A stretch of 38,972 bases of DNA from a virus (taxonomy: Duplodnaviria > Caudoviricetes): IMG/VR virus record IMGVR_UViG_3300020138_000014, positions 1 through 38,972 of that record. One strand, written 5' to 3'. The notes below the pieces were generated by a model that saw only the letters and a list, made by a program, of their open reading frames with translations, had not been told where the DNA came from and made no database searches. The position numbers were made by a program, and so were the translations under genes. Below, piece by piece: positions 36,295 through 38,972 of this stretch (within the stretch, counting starts at the first letter, position 1; the number at the start of each line of letters is the position of its first letter).

Positions 36295-36539
36295 TGGCGG
36301 CCGCCTTCCACTTCGTGACCGTGCGTGTCCGCTTCCGCAACGGCACCTACACCTGCACGTTCCGCGGCCAGCGTGCCAGTTGCACGATATCCGCCCACGG
36401 CGCGGTGAAACGTCTGGCTGAGAAGCTCGGCTACAAGCCGGAAGCTCCGATCGAGCGCGTCGGCCAAGCCGCCGATGGCGGCGGCGAGGTCTGGAAGATC
36501 GTGGATCTGGGTGCGGGAGAAGCCCGTGGCCGCGTTTGA
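36294..36539 (+). CDS. Hypothetical protein
   Basis: GTY...RASCTISAHGAVKRLAEKL. Confidence 0.7.
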   Translation: MAAAFHFVTVRVRFRNGTYTCTFRGQRASCTISAHGAVKRLAEKLGYKPEAPIERVGQAADGGGEVWKIVDLGAGEARGRV

Positions 36540-36594
36540 GCTGATCGACAAGGTCGACCCCAGCATGGCTTGGACAGGCAAGTGCTTCACGTGA
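36526..36594 (+). pseudogene. Short ORF / probable remnant of a third cassette
   Basis: 22-aa ORF ending TGA-G-GTCTAAC, the same junction geometry as cassette A (TGA-G-GCCCAAC). Confidence 0.35.
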
Positions 36595-36595
36595 G

Positions 36596-36651
36596 GTCTA
36601 ACGCCTGAGTTAAGCCGCGCCGAAGGCGTCGGCTTGAATGAATTGTTGGGC
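36596..36651 (-). other. attC site 1 (integron cassette recombination site, 56 bp)
   Basis: Minus strand GCCCAAC-AATTCATTCAAGCCGACGCCTTCGGCGCGGCTTAACTCAGGC-GTTAGAC, very close to the aadA-type 59-base element. Confidence 0.93.
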
Positions 36652-36670
36652 AGCACACAAGGAGAACGAC

Positions 36671-36928
36671 ATGCTGAAAGCGTACCAATGCACCGACGAA
36701 GACCTGTACGCCGCCGAGAACGCAGAGCAGGCAGCCAAGCTGTGCGAGGAACAATCTGGCGAGCCGTGCGACGAGGGATACCCGCGCGAACTGGATGACG
36801 AAGAACTGGACAAGCCGCAACCGGCATTCGATGAGGATGAACGCCGCATCCCCGGCGAATACACCAGCGTGCGAGAAATGCTTGACCAGCAGACCGAACC
36901 GGGTTGGCTGGCTTGCAGTTGGTGGTGA
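36671..36928 (+). CDS. Cassette A acidic hypothetical protein
   Basis: AAGGAGA RBS; MLKAYQCTDEDLYAAENAEQA...; bounded by complementary cores GTTGGGC/GCCCAAC. Confidence 0.85.
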   Translation: MLKAYQCTDEDLYAAENAEQAAKLCEEQSGEPCDEGYPRELDDEELDKPQPAFDEDERRIPGEYTSVREMLDQQTEPGWLACSWW

Positions 36929-36929
36929 G

Positions 36930-36990
36930 GCCCAACACCCGGAGTTAAGCCGCGCCGCGAAGCGGCGTCGGATTGAATGAATTGTTAGCA
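36930..36990 (-). other. attC site 2 (61 bp)
   Basis: Minus strand TGCTAAC-AATTCATTCAATCCGACGCCGCTTCGCGGCGCGGCTTAACTCCGGGT-GTTGGGC. Confidence 0.93.
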
Positions 36991-37009
36991 CTCAAAGCGA
37001 GGTAACGAA

Positions 37010-37300
37010 ATGAGCGGGGGAAGCTTGGATTACGTCTACGGCAGGGTTGAAGACGCCGCATCGACAGTAGCTGCGCGGGCGGAGACGATGCTTCACCGCG
37101 CGTTTGCAGCCCACCTGCACAAGGTAGCCAAGGCTCTGAAAGACATGGAGTGGATGTTGTCGGGCGACAGGTCACCCGGCAGCGAGGAGCCTGCAATCCG
37201 CGCCGTGCTGCATGAGAGTGCAGAACTCGAAGCGGCGACTGAGCAGGCGCGCAAGGCGTTGGCTGACTTGAAAGCTGCATTGAGCGCTAACACGCGCTAG
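37010..37300 (+). CDS. Cassette B hypothetical protein (MSGGSLDY type)
   Basis: GAGGT RBS; MSGGSLDYVY...MEWMLSGD; reads through the core site at 37285-37291. Confidence 0.85.
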   Translation: MSGGSLDYVYGRVEDAASTVAARAETMLHRAFAAHLHKVAKALKDMEWMLSGDRSPGSEEPAIRAVLHESAELEAATEQARKALADLKAALSANTR

Positions 37301-37303
37301 GAC
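37285..37303 (-). other. Candidate attI-like primary insertion site
   Basis: Minus strand GTCCTAG-CGCGT-GTTAGCG: degenerate L box, 5-bp spacer and core, with no attC hairpin; core nearly complementary to R'' of attC2. Confidence 0.45.
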
Positions 37304-37359
37304 CCAACCCGCCGGCGTATCCATTGGATCCCTGGGCTATGCCCCACCAAGGCACCACT

Positions 37360-37914
37360 GTGAACCAGTCCCCCAACATTGCGACCCTCCGCAGCGCAGC
37401 CGAGTTGGCTGCCGACAAGCCGCACGGCGTGCGCGTGCGCTACATGGCCGGCTGCCGCTGCGATGCCTGCCGGAAGGCGAACTCGACCTACGAGAACGAG
37501 CGCCAGAAGGCAAGGCGCGCGGGCGACTGGAACGGCATCGTCCCGGCCGATCGCGCCCGCGCGCACATGCGCATGCTGTCGCGGCATGGCGTCGGCCGCC
37601 GCACGGTCCAGGCCTGCACCGACATCGCGGACACGGTGCTGCAGGACATCCGCACCGGCCGCAAGACGCACATCCGTGCCCGCACCGAACGCCTGATCCT
37701 GGCCGTCACGCGCGAGCAGGCAGCCGACCACGCCTACGTCCCGGCGGGCCGCTCCCACCAGCGCATCCGCCTGCTGCTCGAGGAGGGCTACACCGAGGCC
37801 TATCTGGCCAGGCGCCTGGGCTACGCGAACCGCTACCTGCAGTTCAACGAGCGCCGCATCACCGTGCGCAATGCCGCCCGGATCGAGCGGCTGTACCGGG
37901 AACTGACCGAATGA
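37360..37914 (+). CDS. Zn-binding/HTH phage protein
   Basis: HGVRVRYMAGCRCDACRKAN; start uncertain. Confidence 0.75.
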   Translation: MNQSPNIATLRSAAELAADKPHGVRVRYMAGCRCDACRKANSTYENERQKARRAGDWNGIVPADRARAHMRMLSRHGVGRRTVQACTDIADTVLQDIRTGRKTHIRARTERLILAVTREQAADHAYVPAGRSHQRIRLLLEEGYTEAYLARRLGYANRYLQFNERRITVRNAARIERLYRELTE

Positions 37915-38381
37915 CCCGCCGCGCCGCCAACCCCGCCCTGGTGCGCAAGCGCACCCTGGCCGCCATCCACGCCACGGCGCACCAGCTGGGCCTGGAGGAT
38001 GACGTCTACCGCGACCTGGTCGAGCGCGTCAGCGCCGAGCACGGCCCCGCCCAGCGCAGCGCCGGCAAGTGCACCCCGCGCCAGCTCAGCGCCATCGCCA
38101 ACGAGCTGCGCCGGCAGACCGGCAAGCCCGCCCAGGCGGCCGCCAGCGCCCGCGTATGGGCCGGCAAGCCGAAGGGCGTGCTCTCGCCCCAGCTGGCCAA
38201 GGTCGAAGCGCTGCTGGCCGACTCCGGCCGCGAATGGGCCTACGCCCACGCCCTGGCCAAGCGCCTGTGCGGCGGCGTCGCCCGCGTCGAATGGTGCGAC
38301 AGCCACCAGCTGTCCAAGGTCATCGCCGCCATGCAGATCGACGCCGACCGCCGCGCCCGCCGGGCCGACCCGGGGAAGTAG
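37911..38381 (+). CDS. gemA: GemA / Mu gp16 (DUF1018)
   Basis: LAAIH...LGLEDDVYRDL...KVEALL...WAY. Confidence 0.85.
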   Translation: MTRRAANPALVRKRTLAAIHATAHQLGLEDDVYRDLVERVSAEHGPAQRSAGKCTPRQLSAIANELRRQTGKPAQAAASARVWAGKPKGVLSPQLAKVEALLADSGREWAYAHALAKRLCGGVARVEWCDSHQLSKVIAAMQIDADRRARRADPGK

Positions 38382-38382
38382 C

Positions 38383-38739
38383 ATGAAGCCGATGGAAGCC
38401 CGCCGCGCCGAACTCCTGGAGCATGTGGCCGCCCGCGCGGCTGCCACGGCGGTGGACCTCGGCCTGGCGTCCGACCTGGCCGACCAGGTGGGCGCCGCCG
38501 TCGCCGACGCCCTGGCCGACGACTTCGGCGGCCAGGTCCTGTCCTTCCCCAAGGACTGTGCCTACCGCCTCTCCCAGCGCGACCGGGCCATCCTCGAAGC
38601 CCACCGCCGCGGCGCCTCGCTCGCCGAACTGGCCCACCAGTACAAGATCACCGACCGCGGCCTCCGCATGCTCCTCCGCCGAGCCGAATCCCGCGACCGC
38701 GACCTCCGCCAGCAGCAGCTGTTCGGGAATCCCCAGTAA
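38383..38739 (+). CDS. mor: Mor/C family transcription activator
   Basis: FGGQVLSFPK...RDRAI...ELAHQYKITDR. Confidence 0.88.
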   Translation: MKPMEARRAELLEHVAARAAATAVDLGLASDLADQVGAAVADALADDFGGQVLSFPKDCAYRLSQRDRAILEAHRRGASLAELAHQYKITDRGLRMLLRRAESRDRDLRQQQLFGNPQ

Positions 38740-38831
38740 CGCAATTCAGGCGGCCCCGCCGCATTGCAGCCAGTGCAATCTCTTTGCATCGGCGTCCGAG
38801 TTCATCCACCATCTTCCGGGCTCTTCCGGCT

Positions 38832-38873
38832 AAATATCTCGGTGGACCCCCCTGAATATCTCACCCCGGGTCA
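38832..38873 (-). repeat. Phage end with two transposase-binding sites
   Basis: Minus strand TGACCCGGGGTGAGATATT...CCGAGATATTT; GAGATA at positions 12-17 and 34-39. Confidence 0.8.
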
Positions 38874-38972
38874 GCAGCGGCTGCCGGCGCGGCCGCGGCG
38901 TCGCCGGCGATTTCCGCCAGCAGCGCCAGCAGCGACTCGGTGTTGAACGGCCGGCCAAGGCGGAAATCGGTC

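Larger units (their letters stand above)
26..38873. mobile_element. Mu-like (B3/BcepMu-type) transposable phage genome, apparently complete
   Basis: TG...CA termini with G(A/C)GATA motifs at positions 12-17 and 34-39 from both ends; DDE transposase plus ATPase, GemA, Mor, DUF935 portal, gpF/gpG/protease and tail genes; divergent early/late layout around a central repressor. Confidence 0.95.

Noticed and set aside
36596-36990. Reading the palindromes as REP elements or terminators
   Set aside because: They carry RYYYAAC/GTTRRRY-type cores and L boxes matching attC, and lack U-tracts.
36249-37293. Minus-strand ORFs as the true cassette genes
   Set aside because: They run through attC sites, lack RBSs and have implausible composition; the plus-strand ORFs fit the cassette boundaries with strong RBSs.
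26-38873. Integron integrase, Gin invertase, reverse transcriptase (DGR/retron) or tRNA genes
   Set aside because: No tyrosine/serine recombinase or RT motifs in any ORF, and no tRNA-like sequence noticed by eye.

Overview
The window holds an apparently complete ~38.85 kb transposable (Mu-like) phage with B3/BcepMu-type layout, running from TG at 26 to CA at 38873 with matched transposase-binding repeats and no target-site duplication. The high GC fits a Xanthomonadales-like host (inference). A central repressor/Ner switch at ~28.2 kb separates a rightward early operon (transposase A, ATPase B, DUF3164, GemA, Mor) from leftward lysis, head and non-contractile tail genes. Three accessory regions stand out. 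(1) The early operon contains an integrase-less integron-type cassette array (36526-37303): two canonical attC sites, a candidate attI-like site, two intact cassettes and one cassette remnant, with ORFs running opposite to attC polarity so the phage early transcript would read them. (2) The left end carries a self-contained anti-CRISPR-like operon: its own promoter/operator, two Cys-rich small ORFs each behind a 33-bp repeat, a solitary type I-F CRISPR-repeat hairpin (Racr candidate), an AcrVA2-family gene and an RHH Aca-like regulator. (3) Two anti-defence modules are decayed: an internally deleted ATPase/Mom-GNAT/formyltransferase locus and a truncated acb2. All family assignments rest on motif recognition and synteny; no searches were run.
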